Part shown: positions 1 through 8,349 of the stretch, piece after piece
Layout of the letters: each line of letters starts with the position of its first letter
Numbering within the stretch: position 1 is the first letter of the stretch
Assembly (NCBI GenBank): GCA_964621525.1
Contig: CAZUMS010000003.1
Coordinates: 37,129-101,128 of the forward strand
Direction: 5' to 3'
Source of the DNA: an uncultured bacterium
Lineage (GTDB): Bacteria; JAGRBM01; JAHCIT01
DNA: 64,000 nt
Translations under genes and position numbers: made by a program
The notes under the pieces: model-generated
Databases searched by the model: none
What the model saw: the letters and a program-made list of their open reading frames with translations, nothing else
What the model was told of the DNA's origin: nothing

Positions 1-336
1 CGTGCCTTCGAGGTAGGTTTTCCCGGCGGTGCCCGCGTAGGCAGGCTCGGTCGAGCCGGGGAGCGCCATGTAAGGCCCCTGCCCGATGGAAGCGATCACA
101 ACGAGGTCGTTCTCCCGGCGGTCCGACTGCTTGGTGATCGGGTTGTCGAGCAGGAGGGCGGCGCTCGCGCACGGCACGAACGCGACGGCGCGGGAGAGCA
201 CGTCCTCCAGCACCGAATCGACCGGGATTTCCGGCGGAATATCGAGCGCCTTCCGGCGGCGGTCCAGAAAGACCCGGAGCTTGATCCGCGGCAGCGAACC
301 TACGGTCGATCCGTCCGGCCGGCGGGTGATCGGCAT
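1..336 (-). CDS. GAF domain-containing protein (5' part only; continues beyond window start)
   Basis: Minus-strand translation from ATG near 334-336: MPITRRPDGS...VLEDVLSRAVAFVPCASAALLLDNP...LVVIASIGQG, a GAF-like N-terminus. The ORF track only shows the antisense artefact 86..1630. Confidence 0.45.
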   Translation of the reverse strand, partial: MPITRRPDGSTVGSLPRIKLRVFLDRRRKALDIPPEIPVDSVLEDVLSRAVAFVPCASAALLLDNPITKQSDRRENDLVVIASIGQGPYMALPGSTEPAYAGTAGKTYLEGT

Positions 337-343
337 GGCAGCC

Positions 344-688
344 TCAGTGAACGGTCCCGTCGGTCTTGATCATGGGGATGGGCGGCGCGTTCACCACTTC
401 CGTCTCGATGACGCCGAACCGGGCCTCGTAACGCTGCACCGATTCCTGGAGCGCCTTGAGGAACCGCTTGGCCTGACGGGGATTCACGATGATCCGGCTC
501 CGCACGGTGGCGCTGCTGATGCCCTCGGCGCCGGGCGCCTGCGGCGGCATGAAGCAGAAATCGAAGACGAACTCGTTTTCGGCCGCGTTGATGAGCGAGA
601 GATTGGCATAGTTGCCCTGAAGCAGCTCGTTCGGGCAGTGGATCTGGAGCCGGATACCGGGCGGGTTCTTGTCGGCGGGTTCGGACAT
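344..688 (-). CDS. DUF3467 family protein
   Basis: 114 aa; pattern NLSLINAAENEFVFDFCFMPP...VRSRIIVNPRQAKRFLKALQESVQRYEARFG matches the DUF3467 signature (NL..I.H...EF.LDF.F..P...SR....P..AKR.L.AL.E....YE..FG). Confidence 0.6.
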   Translation of the reverse strand: MSEPADKNPPGIRLQIHCPNELLQGNYANLSLINAAENEFVFDFCFMPPQAPGAEGISSATVRSRIIVNPRQAKRFLKALQESVQRYEARFGVIETEVVNAPPIPMIKTDGTVH

Positions 689-718
689 GGAATGAAGGCC
701 TCCGTCGGAACCGTCACC

Positions 719-1660
719 TTACGGAATGGAGACGCCCGAGGGCAACTGGGCGGGCTCCACATGAACGGTCACGTCCCGGATGCCTGCAATGGCCTGCCGG
801 ACGGCATCCGACACCTCGTGGCTGAGATCGTGGGCGCCTCCCACGCTCATGGCCGCATCCACCTGGATCGAGAGGTCCACGAACACCTTGCCTGGCGTCC
901 CCCGGGAACGGATGTCGGTGCAGCCCCGGACGCCCTTCACCCCGAGCACGGCCCGCCGGACCTCCTCCGGGTCGATCTGGGCCCGGTCGGCGAGATAATC
1001 GGCGTTCTCGAGAATGATCCGCACGCCGGTCCAGAAGATCCAGATCGCCACGAGACCGCCCGCCAGGGGGTCTACCCAGGAGATCCCGGCCCAGCCCAGT
1101 ACGACGGCGACCATCACGCCGCCCGTGACGGCAAGGTCGCTCGCCGTGTGGGCCGAATCGGAAAGAAGGAACGGACTGCCAAGTTCCCGGCCCCGGCGGC
1201 GCTCGTAGGAAGCGACGAAAAGATTCACGGCGAAGGTGACCGCCATGACTGCAAGGACGAGCTTTCCGGGCGCCTCCGCCGGGACCGCCGCACCGGTCAG
1301 CTTCTGGTAAACCTCCATCGAAACCGTACCGGCCGTCGCCAGCAGGAACAGCCCCACACCGCCTGCGGCGAAAATTTCGAGCTTCTGGTGCCCGTATGGG
1401 TGGTCTGCATCCGGCGGACGGGAGGCGAAGTAGAGGCTCACGAGACCGACGATGTTGGAGACACCGTCGGTCAAAGAATGCAGGCCGTCGGCATAGACGG
1501 CGACGAGCCCCGCCCAGTGACCCACGGCCATCTTGACGACCGCGATCCCCAGATTAAGGCCGAGGGTGATCCACAGGACCCGGGCGACCGCCCGGTCTGT
1601 CTCACCATCTTCAGGCCGGTTTCCCTCTGAAGTCATGCTCCTCTTTGTTGGCAGCAGCAC
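719..1660 (-). CDS. cation diffusion facilitator (CDF) family metal efflux transporter (CzcD/FieF-like)
   Basis: 313 aa, 6 TM; CDF signature motifs HSLTDGVSN and HPYGHQKLE; C-terminal cytoplasmic domain. Confidence 0.85.
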   Translation of the reverse strand: MLLPTKRSMTSEGNRPEDGETDRAVARVLWITLGLNLGIAVVKMAVGHWAGLVAVYADGLHSLTDGVSNIVGLVSLYFASRPPDADHPYGHQKLEIFAAGGVGLFLLATAGTVSMEVYQKLTGAAVPAEAPGKLVLAVMAVTFAVNLFVASYERRRGRELGSPFLLSDSAHTASDLAVTGGVMVAVVLGWAGISWVDPLAGGLVAIWIFWTGVRIILENADYLADRAQIDPEEVRRAVLGVKGVRGCTDIRSRGTPGKVFVDLSIQVDAAMSVGGAHDLSHEVSDAVRQAIAGIRDVTVHVEPAQLPSGVSIP

Positions 1661-1699
1661 CGGCGGACAGTCAACATGGGAGATCGGGAGATACTACCC

Positions 1700-2434
1700 A
1701 TGAACCGACAGGTCCTCGCGGCCGCCGCCTTCGTTTTCGCCAGCCTGTTCGCCGGTCCCCTCCGGGCGGACGAGATCGAGATCCGCTCCCCCGACGGGGT
1801 GCGCCTGCGGGCCACCTACCGGAAGGCGGTGGGAGAAGCGAAACGGGCCGCCCTCCTCCTTCACATGCTGGGCGGATCCCGCACGGACTGGAAACCGCTC
1901 GAACCCCTGCTGCTCGAGTCGGGAATCTCCACATTCGCCCTCGATTTCAGGGGGCACGGGGATTCGGGCACAAAAACCGATGGCTCCACGGTCGATCACA
2001 AGAGCTTCGACGACCGCACCCGGCCCCTGATCGCGAAAGACGTGGCTCCCGCGCTCCAGTTCCTGGAGGCGCAGGGCTTCAAGCGGCAGGAGATCACGCT
2101 CGTCGGGGCCTCCATCGGGGCGAACGTCGCCATCATCAGTGTGTCCAGAGAGGCCCAGCTCCGGAACGCCGTTCTGCTCTCCCCCGGCATGAACTACCGG
2201 CAACTCCGTATCGAGGACGCCGTGCGGGAGTGGAACTCGCGGCCCCTGCTGGTGATTGCCGCCGAAAACGACACCTACAGCGCCGAGACGGCGCGGAAAA
2301 TCCGCGAGATCCTCGCTTCGAAGGAAAGGGTGAAGGTGGAGGTCTATCCGGGCCACTCCGCCCACGGCACGAACATGCTGGACGTCATCCCCGGCGCAGC
2401 GGAGAAGATCGCCGGGTGGGTCGCCGGGAACTGA
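1700..2434 (+). CDS. secreted alpha/beta hydrolase (dienelactone hydrolase-like)
   Basis: Signal peptide MNRQVLAAAAFVFASLFAGPLRA; nucleophile elbow GASIG (GxSxG); HGDS. The track start 1676 is 8 codons upstream; 1700 chosen so the signal peptide is N-terminal. Confidence 0.7.
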   Translation: MNRQVLAAAAFVFASLFAGPLRADEIEIRSPDGVRLRATYRKAVGEAKRAALLLHMLGGSRTDWKPLEPLLLESGISTFALDFRGHGDSGTKTDGSTVDHKSFDDRTRPLIAKDVAPALQFLEAQGFKRQEITLVGASIGANVAIISVSREAQLRNAVLLSPGMNYRQLRIEDAVREWNSRPLLVIAAENDTYSAETARKIREILASKERVKVEVYPGHSAHGTNMLDVIPGAAEKIAGWVAGN

Positions 2435-2509
2435 AAAACCGTCCTTCCCCCGCCCCTTGCACTCGAACTTTCAAAAGTCTATGAAAGTTTTGAGAAGGAG
2501 GGCGGATTC

Positions 2510-3094
2510 ATGTCCAGCCCGCTACTGACCGGCCCCGACGCCCCGTTCCAGTTCCACCCTGCCCAGGCGGAAGTCACCCTCGGCAACGAGGCTTTCCACG
2601 AGCGGCTTGCCTACGAGATCCGGCGGGCAAAACGCGAAATCTGCGACTTCGTCCACCCCGAAACCGCCAAGGGCCACGAAGAGCACGACATGGAACTGTT
2701 CCGGGCCTATTCGGAGGCCATGGACCGCAACGTCTCCGTCCGGTTCACCATGCCCGACCTCATGTGGAAGATGCTGATCGCCATGTACAGTCACGAGAAA
2801 TACGGCAGCGTCCGGTTTCTTGCCGGCGACGGACACATCCGTACCGTCCCGCAGGTGTGGTCCCCCTACACCGTATTCGACCGCGAGCGCGTGCTGCTCT
2901 GTATCCGCGAACCGCGCAAGCAGCTTCTCTTCAACCAGACCGTGCTGATCCACGACCCCGTGCTCGCGGAGAGGCTGGCCCAGGATTACGACCGCATGTG
3001 GAACGAGAAAGCGAAGGTGGTGGACCGGACCGAAGTGCTCGGCTCCAACTGGCGCAAGAAGCTCGCCGCCGTCCCTGCCGCCCCCGCCGCCTGA
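2510..3094 (+). CDS. hypothetical protein (194 aa, cytoplasmic)
   Basis: Strong SD gaaggaggg 7 nt upstream of ATG; no recognisable motif; first gene of an apparent operon with ispB-like and menA-like genes. Confidence 0.55.
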   Translation: MSSPLLTGPDAPFQFHPAQAEVTLGNEAFHERLAYEIRRAKREICDFVHPETAKGHEEHDMELFRAYSEAMDRNVSVRFTMPDLMWKMLIAMYSHEKYGSVRFLAGDGHIRTVPQVWSPYTVFDRERVLLCIREPRKQLLFNQTVLIHDPVLAERLAQDYDRMWNEKAKVVDRTEVLGSNWRKKLAAVPAAPAA

Positions 3095-3137
3095 AACCCC
3101 GAGCCGCGCTCCTCCTGAAGCGTCCGGAGAACCGCCA

Positions 3138-4202
3138 ATGAGTCCGACCGCCTCTGCAGCCGTCCTCGCCACGATCGACGAGCCGCTCCCTCTGGAGAAC
3201 GCCGCCAGAAGGCCCCGGCCGTCCCCGCCGCTCTGGCAGCAGTTCGCCGTCGAGGCACTGCAGATGCTCCGCGCCGATCTGCTCGACGTGGAAGAGATCC
3301 TGAAAAGCCGGTGTGACGGTATCGCCGACCCGCTGCCGGGCGCGTGCCGCCACCTCGTTACCGCCGACGGCAAACGGCTCCGCCCGATTCTGGCTCTTCT
3401 CGGCTCGCGCATCGCCGGAGTGCCGCGGGACCGGGCCCTGCGCATCGCCGCCGCCTCCGAACTGGTCCACTCGGCCTCGCTCCTTCACGACGACGTGCTG
3501 GACGACGGCACCAAGCGCCGCGGCAAGGACGCAGCCCGGATACTGTATGGAAACCGCATCAGCGTGCTGGGCGGCAATCACCTGCTGGTGGGGGCACTGC
3601 TCGAACTGACCGCGACGAAGCCCGAGGACCTCGCCTCCGTGCTCGGCGTCCTGGACGAACTCGTGGAGGGCGAAGTGCTCCAGCACAACCTGCGCACGCG
3701 GCCGGTGATCCCATCTCCCGTTTACCAGCAGGTTGTGGCACGCAAGACCGCTTCCCTCATTGAATGGTCGGTCTCGGCGGCAGCCTCCGGAACGCCGCTT
3801 CACGGGCCGCTGTCCCACTACGGCTATCACCTCGGCGTGTCGTTCCAGATGGTGGACGACCTGCTGGATGTCACCGGCGATGCGGCAAAGGTCGGCAAGA
3901 ATCTTGCGAACGACGTCAAGGAGGGGAAACCCTCCCTCCCCCTCGTCGTTGCCTGCGAGCTGTTCCCCGAGGCCCGCGCCGAGGCCCGGCGCGTGTTCGC
4001 GCTGCCCGAGGCGGACCGCACGGGCGGCACGCTCACGGAACTGTTCGGCTACCTTACCCACGAGAAGACCCTCGACGTGGGCCGCCGGTGGATCCAGTCG
4101 ATCACGATGCAGGCGCTCACCGCGATCCGCTCCCTGCCGGCCTCCGCCGAGCGGGACCTGCTCGAGCGGGCGACGCTCGCCCTCGAAAACCGTCTAAACT
4201 GA
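3138..4202 (+). CDS. trans-polyprenyl diphosphate synthase (octaprenyl/heptaprenyl-PP synthase, IspB-like)
   Basis: 354 aa; first DDxxD (LLHDDVLDDG) and second DDxxD (QMVDDLLD) motifs; GKRLRP. Confidence 0.85.
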   Translation: MSPTASAAVLATIDEPLPLENAARRPRPSPPLWQQFAVEALQMLRADLLDVEEILKSRCDGIADPLPGACRHLVTADGKRLRPILALLGSRIAGVPRDRALRIAAASELVHSASLLHDDVLDDGTKRRGKDAARILYGNRISVLGGNHLLVGALLELTATKPEDLASVLGVLDELVEGEVLQHNLRTRPVIPSPVYQQVVARKTASLIEWSVSAAASGTPLHGPLSHYGYHLGVSFQMVDDLLDVTGDAAKVGKNLANDVKEGKPSLPLVVACELFPEARAEARRVFALPEADRTGGTLTELFGYLTHEKTLDVGRRWIQSITMQALTAIRSLPASAERDLLERATLALENRLN

Positions 4203-4206
4203 CCGG

Positions 4207-5139
4207 ATGACGGAAACTTCCGGCAAACGGCCGCCCTCCCGGACGGTGATCTGGCTGCGGGCGATGCGGCTCGTCTCGCTGCCCGCCGCCCTCGTGCCGC
4301 TGATGGTGGGCGGCGGCCTCGCCTCCCTTGCCGAAAGGCCCGTGGACTGGCTGCTCATCGTCTGGATGACCCTCTCGGCGTCGGCGATGCTGCTCGCCGT
4401 CAATATCCGCAACGATATCGACGACCACGACCGGGGTCTCGACAAACCCGGCCAGCCGTTCGGTGCGGCGGGTTCGGGCGTACTTCCGGACGGACTGCTC
4501 ACGCGGAAGGAAATGAAACGGGCGCTCTTCCTGCTCATGGGAATCGCGGCGGTTTCGTCGGTCCCGCTGATTTACGCCCGGGGTACCGCCGTGCTCGCGC
4601 TCGGGATTGCCGGTTTCTCGCTCGGGCTCCTCTACACGGCGAAACCGTTCGGCCTGAAATACCTGGGTCTCGGCGATCCGCTGGTGTTCCTGCTCATGGG
4701 GCCCCTGATGGTGAGCGGCGTGGACTGGATCCTGACCGGCGAACTTGTCCCGGCACGGATCCTCGCCGGATTGCCTGTGGGACTCGTGGCGGTACTGATC
4801 CTCCACTGCAACAACTGGCGCGATCTGGATTCGGACCGGGAGGCGGGGACCCTGACGGTCGCGATCCGTCTGGGTGAGCGTGGTTCATCGTTCTATGCAG
4901 CGGTCCTCGCCTACGGCGCAATTCTGATCGCCGCCGGGGCCGCTCTCGCGGGGGCCGTGCCGTACCTCTGCCTGCTCGTATTCTTGTGCCTTCCGAAAGC
5001 GTCCGCTATTCTGCGGCTTATCAGGGAAGGCCGTGAGGCGTACCGGCGGCGCGGACCCCGTGGTGATCCCACGTTCCATGCCGCCCAGCTGCACCTCCTG
5101 TTCGGCCTTCTCTACGCGGCGGGACTGTTCTTCGGCTGA
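4207..5139 (+). CDS. UbiA-family aromatic prenyltransferase, MenA-like (1,4-dihydroxy-2-naphthoate polyprenyltransferase)
   Basis: 310 aa, ~8 TM; Asp-rich motif NDIDDHDRGLD; directly downstream of the polyprenyl-PP synthase. Confidence 0.65.
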   Translation: MTETSGKRPPSRTVIWLRAMRLVSLPAALVPLMVGGGLASLAERPVDWLLIVWMTLSASAMLLAVNIRNDIDDHDRGLDKPGQPFGAAGSGVLPDGLLTRKEMKRALFLLMGIAAVSSVPLIYARGTAVLALGIAGFSLGLLYTAKPFGLKYLGLGDPLVFLLMGPLMVSGVDWILTGELVPARILAGLPVGLVAVLILHCNNWRDLDSDREAGTLTVAIRLGERGSSFYAAVLAYGAILIAAGAALAGAVPYLCLLVFLCLPKASAILRLIREGREAYRRRGPRGDPTFHAAQLHLLFGLLYAAGLFFG

Positions 5140-5142
5140 TAG

Positions 5143-5739
5143 ATGGCGGATGAAAAGCAGTCCGGCCCCGTACACGGTGCGGGGGACAAGTTGACCAAGG
5201 CGGCACAACCCAAACCGGCGCTTCGTGCGCCCAAGCTCATGGCCGACGCCATCGGCCAGCTCATGGAGTTCTGGAATTTCAAGAGCAACCTGGGCCGCAT
5301 CTGGACGCTCCTTTATCTCTCTCCGGACCCGGTCGCCGCCGCCGATATCGCCGACCACCTGAACCTCTCCTCTGGCGCCGTCAGCATGGCGACGAATGAG
5401 CTCCTCCGCTGGAAGGCGATCAAGAAGATCCACCAGCCAGGCGAGCGCAAGGACTTCTTCACGGCCGAAACCGACCTGTGGCGGCTCATTACGGGCGTCC
5501 TGTCGGACCGCGAGCGGCGCGAGATCGAATCGGCCCTGGAGGCCTTCAAGGAAGCGCTCTCGGCGCTCGATTCCGAGAAGGACCACTACGATCCGAAGGA
5601 CTTCAGGTTCAAGAAGGAACGGATCGAGCGGATGTTCCAGCTCGCGATGATGGGCAAGACAATGCTCGACACGCTCCTGAACCAGGCCCACCTCAACATG
5701 AAGCCGATCCGCGAGCATCTGGACAAGCTGAAGAGCTGA
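5143..5739 (+). CDS. GbsR/MarR-family HTH transcriptional regulator
   Basis: 198 aa; winged-helix region LGRIWTLLYLSPDPVAAADIADHLNLSSGAVSMATNELLRWKAI typical of GbsR-type regulators; start 4 nt after the menA-like stop. Confidence 0.6.
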   Translation: MADEKQSGPVHGAGDKLTKAAQPKPALRAPKLMADAIGQLMEFWNFKSNLGRIWTLLYLSPDPVAAADIADHLNLSSGAVSMATNELLRWKAIKKIHQPGERKDFFTAETDLWRLITGVLSDRERREIESALEAFKEALSALDSEKDHYDPKDFRFKKERIERMFQLAMMGKTMLDTLLNQAHLNMKPIREHLDKLKS

Positions 5740-5756
5740 AGCGGAATCCCAGCCCC

Positions 5757-5790
5757 TGAAAAGCCCTACGCCCGCGGCCTTTTCAGGCGG
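5757..5790 (+). terminator. weak hairpin plus T-run after the regulator gene
   Basis: gaaaagccctacgcccgcggccttttc: gaaaag/cttttc arms around the ccgcgg core; imperfect. Confidence 0.3.
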
Positions 5791-5811
5791 CGGACGTTCG
5801 GGTTAATAGGC

Positions 5812-6083
5812 GGAGGGCCGGAGCCCGATCAGGGATTGGGAAAAACCGGGTTCAGCATCGTTACTGGGAGTTGCCAGCCGTTCCGCTTGCGCGGTTCAGC
5901 GATCCCGTGGCAAACCCGGATGCCGGAACCCGATGGAGGAAACCCTCTGCCGGGCGCCGGCCTCTCCAAGGTTTTCTGCCCTGGCCGCCGGAGGGAAGAA
6001 GGCCTGCGCGGCTCGATGTCCAGGTTCCGTTGCGCATCGCAGGCCTCCTTTCATTCCCGTCCGGCTTCCCGGTACTTCCGCTC
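5812..6083. repeat. conserved ~270-nt noncoding element, copy A (immediately 3' of amt1)
   Basis: Shares long identical blocks with 8086..8349: cagggattgggaaaaaccgggt (22/22), gcgatcccgtg, gaggaaaccctctgccgggcgccggcct (28/28), ccaaggt, gtccggcttcc. Not consistently coding (see findings). Confidence 0.7.
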
Positions 6084-7583
6084 TCAGCCGCGGCTTCCGT
6101 GGAGCGTATCGCCCACGTAGCACTCGATGCCGAGTTCCTTGAGGTCGAGACCCTCGACTTCCTCTTCCTCGGACACGCGGACGCCCATCACGGCTTTCAC
6201 CGCATACCAGACCACCAGGCTCGCCGGGAACGCATAGGCTCCGACAGCGACGATGCCGATGATCTGATTGATGAGCTGGCCGGCGCCGCCTCCGTAGAAG
6301 AGGCCGAGGCCGGGCTGGGCTTCTCCGCCGGCAAAGGCCGGAGCGGCGAACAGGCCCACGCAGAGCGTGCCCCAGATCCCGTTGGCGAGGTGGACCGAGA
6401 GCGCGCCGACCGGGTCGTCGATCTTCAGCTTGTCCCAGAACAGCACGCTGTAGAAGCAGAGGATGCCGCCGACCGCGCCGATCACGAACGCGCCGCCTGC
6501 CGTTACCCAGGCGCACGGGGCGGTGATCGCCACGAGGCCCGCGAGGCAGCCGTTCAGCGACATGCCAAGGTCAGGCTTGCCGAACGTGATCCAGGCGATA
6601 GCCGTCGCGGTCGCCATGCCTGCCACTGCGGCGATATTCGTCGTCATGGCGATGTGGGCGATGGCGCCGCCGTCCCAGGTCATGGTCGAGCCGGGGTTGA
6701 ACCCGAACCAGCCGAGCCACAGGATCAGCGTGCCGAGCACGACGAGCGGAATTGAGTGGGCCGGAATCGCGTTGACCTTGCCGTCGGCCGAGTACTTGCC
6801 GATACGCGGCCCGATCACGAGGATGCCGGCGAGACCCGCCCAGCCGCCCACCGAGTGGACGACCGTGGAGCCCGCGAAGTCCCAGAATCCCTTGCCGGCG
6901 AGCCAGCCGGCACCCCAGATCCACTTGCCGGGGACCGGGTAAACCAGTGCTGTCAGCAGGAATGCGAAGACAACGAAGGAGAGATACTTGTTCCGCTCGT
7001 CCACGCAGCCGGAGACGATCGTCGCGGCCGTGCCGGCGAAGGCGAGCTGGAAGAAGAACTTGCCTTCCAGCGCCACGTTCGCCCAGCCGAGGGCGCCGGT
7101 GTAAAGTTCTTCAGGACCGATAAATGGCGTGAAAGAGCCCAGGAAGCCGCTTCCCTCGCCGAACATGAGCGAGAACCCGATCACCCAGTAGGCGAGCGTC
7201 GCCGCGCCGAACACGACGAAGTTCTTGCCGAGGATCGTGGCCGCGTTCTTCTTGCGGCAGAAACCGCTCTCCACAAGCGCGAAACCGGCGTTCATGAAGA
7301 ACACCAGGAAGCCGGCGATCATCGTCCAGACCGTATCGGCCGAAAACTTGATCGCATCGGTGCGGGCCTTCAGTTCTTCAAGCTGCTTGCTCAGCTCTTC
7401 CGTCGAAGGACCGGCCGGGGCTGCCGCGGCAGCCGGTGCCGCTTCGGCGGGCGGAGCGGCCTCAGCCGGTGCGGCCGCTGCTTCGGCCGGCGGCGGCGTG
7501 TCCTGCGCCGTGACGAGGGACGGACGCCAGAGCGCCGCCCCCAGCAGCATCAGTGCGAGAATTACTGTGGATTTCTTCAACAT
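6084..7583 (-). CDS. amt: ammonium transporter (Amt/MEP family), paralog 1
   Basis: 499 aa; signal peptide plus Ala/Pro-rich linker, then the Amt core (DTVWTMIAGFLVFFMNAGFALVESG ... 11 TM). Confidence 0.9.
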   Translation of the reverse strand: MLKKSTVILALMLLGAALWRPSLVTAQDTPPPAEAAAAPAEAAPPAEAAPAAAAAPAGPSTEELSKQLEELKARTDAIKFSADTVWTMIAGFLVFFMNAGFALVESGFCRKKNAATILGKNFVVFGAATLAYWVIGFSLMFGEGSGFLGSFTPFIGPEELYTGALGWANVALEGKFFFQLAFAGTAATIVSGCVDERNKYLSFVVFAFLLTALVYPVPGKWIWGAGWLAGKGFWDFAGSTVVHSVGGWAGLAGILVIGPRIGKYSADGKVNAIPAHSIPLVVLGTLILWLGWFGFNPGSTMTWDGGAIAHIAMTTNIAAVAGMATATAIAWITFGKPDLGMSLNGCLAGLVAITAPCAWVTAGGAFVIGAVGGILCFYSVLFWDKLKIDDPVGALSVHLANGIWGTLCVGLFAAPAFAGGEAQPGLGLFYGGGAGQLINQIIGIVAVGAYAFPASLVVWYAVKAVMGVRVSEEEEVEGLDLKELGIECYVGDTLHGSRG

Positions 7584-7800
7584 GGCTTTTCCTGCCTCTC
7601 CCGTTTTTCATCGTTCGGGAACGGAACCCTTGGAAGATCACCGGCGGACCTCCGGCCTTTACAACCTGTCCGTCTGCCGGATCCATTTCAGACCCGGCGG
7701 GGATCTCTTCGGGTTCCGGACCTCGTTTCAAATGGTTTTTGTCTCTCAGGCGAGACAGGCCGGGCCGGGTGGATCGGACGGCACGGCAGTCTTTCCCACC
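7584..7800 (-). promoter_or_regulatory. amt1 5' leader (~215 nt) with conserved 5' block
   Basis: Minus-strand block gggaaagac..gtgccg..gatccacccgg.ccgg..gtct.gcctgag (plus 7741-7800) is shared with the amt2 leader (plus 10196-10245); it lies immediately downstream of the predicted sigma54 promoter. Confidence 0.5.
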
Positions 7801-7809
7801 GGGGCGGAC

Positions 7810-7825
7810 TGCACTTGGCAGGCCA
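7810..7825 (-). promoter_or_regulatory. sigma54 (RpoN) -24/-12 promoter for amt1
   Basis: Minus strand TGGCCTGCCAAGTGCA: GG and GC in canonical positions (TGGCAC-N5-TTGCA spacing). Confidence 0.55.
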
Positions 7826-8085
7826 CGATGATCTGCAGCCGGACAAAAAGCGCCTGAAGGCAGGGTTGAATCCGCCGGAAGTTCAGGACGCGACAAACAA
7901 ACTCAAGCTACTGTAAGTATAAGCGAAATTAAGGAATCCTCCCCCGGCTGAAGGCACAGCTTTCGGGGTTCATTTTTTTGTCAAGGCTACAGGCTCCCGG
8001 CCCGGAACTAGTGTCTAAATATGTTGCAAGGATGCGGCTGAGAGCCGAGGCTTTGCCCGGAAATTGTGCATCCGGACGAAAATGG

Positions 8086-8349
8086 GGGCCGGTGCCCAGC
8101 CAGGGATTGGGAAAACCGGGTCCAGTACCGTTTTGCCGGAGCCCGTCAGCCGGATCATTTGCACGATCCGGCGATCCCGTGACGGTTCCGAGTACCGGAC
8201 CTCGGTCGAGGAAACCCTCTGCCGGGCGCCGGCCTGCCCAAGGTCGTTGCGAAGCGGCGGAACCCGAAGGAGAAGAGGCACCATTGGCTGCGCGGCGGTT
8301 GCGTTGCGGTTCATGTTGCCTCCCTCCTTCAGTGTCCGGCTTCCAGGCG
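8086..8349. repeat. conserved ~265-nt noncoding element, copy B (immediately 3' of amt2)
   Basis: See copy A. Contains SD gaaggagggagg plus ATG ~36 nt after the amt2 stop (track ORF 8015..8314). Confidence 0.7.

Noticed and set aside
86-1630. Long 514-aa plus-strand ORF rich in Arg/Gly/Ala
   Set aside because: Antisense to the clearly recognisable CDF transporter and DUF3467 genes; composition typical of out-of-frame or antisense ORFs in high-GC DNA. The same reasoning rejects 11126..13036(-), 16514..17896(-), 25104..26237(-), 26802..27590(-), 36231..38462(+), 49323..51785(-), 61335..63782(-), 6756..7916(+) and 9049..9981(+).
5896-6516. 206-aa minus-strand ORF overlapping the amt1 3' end and the conserved element
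   Set aside because: It lies in an alternate frame of the amt1 CDS, has Arg-rich garbage composition, and the conserved nucleotide blocks are not in a conserved frame between copies A and B.
7935-7975. Hairpin ccccggctgaaggcacagctttcgggg followed by ttcattttttt (plus-strand terminator-like) between amt2 element B and the amt1 promoter
   Set aside because: No plus-strand gene or transcript is evident upstream to be terminated, and on the minus strand the U-run precedes the hairpin. It could still mark an unannotated plus-strand sRNA end, but there is insufficient evidence.
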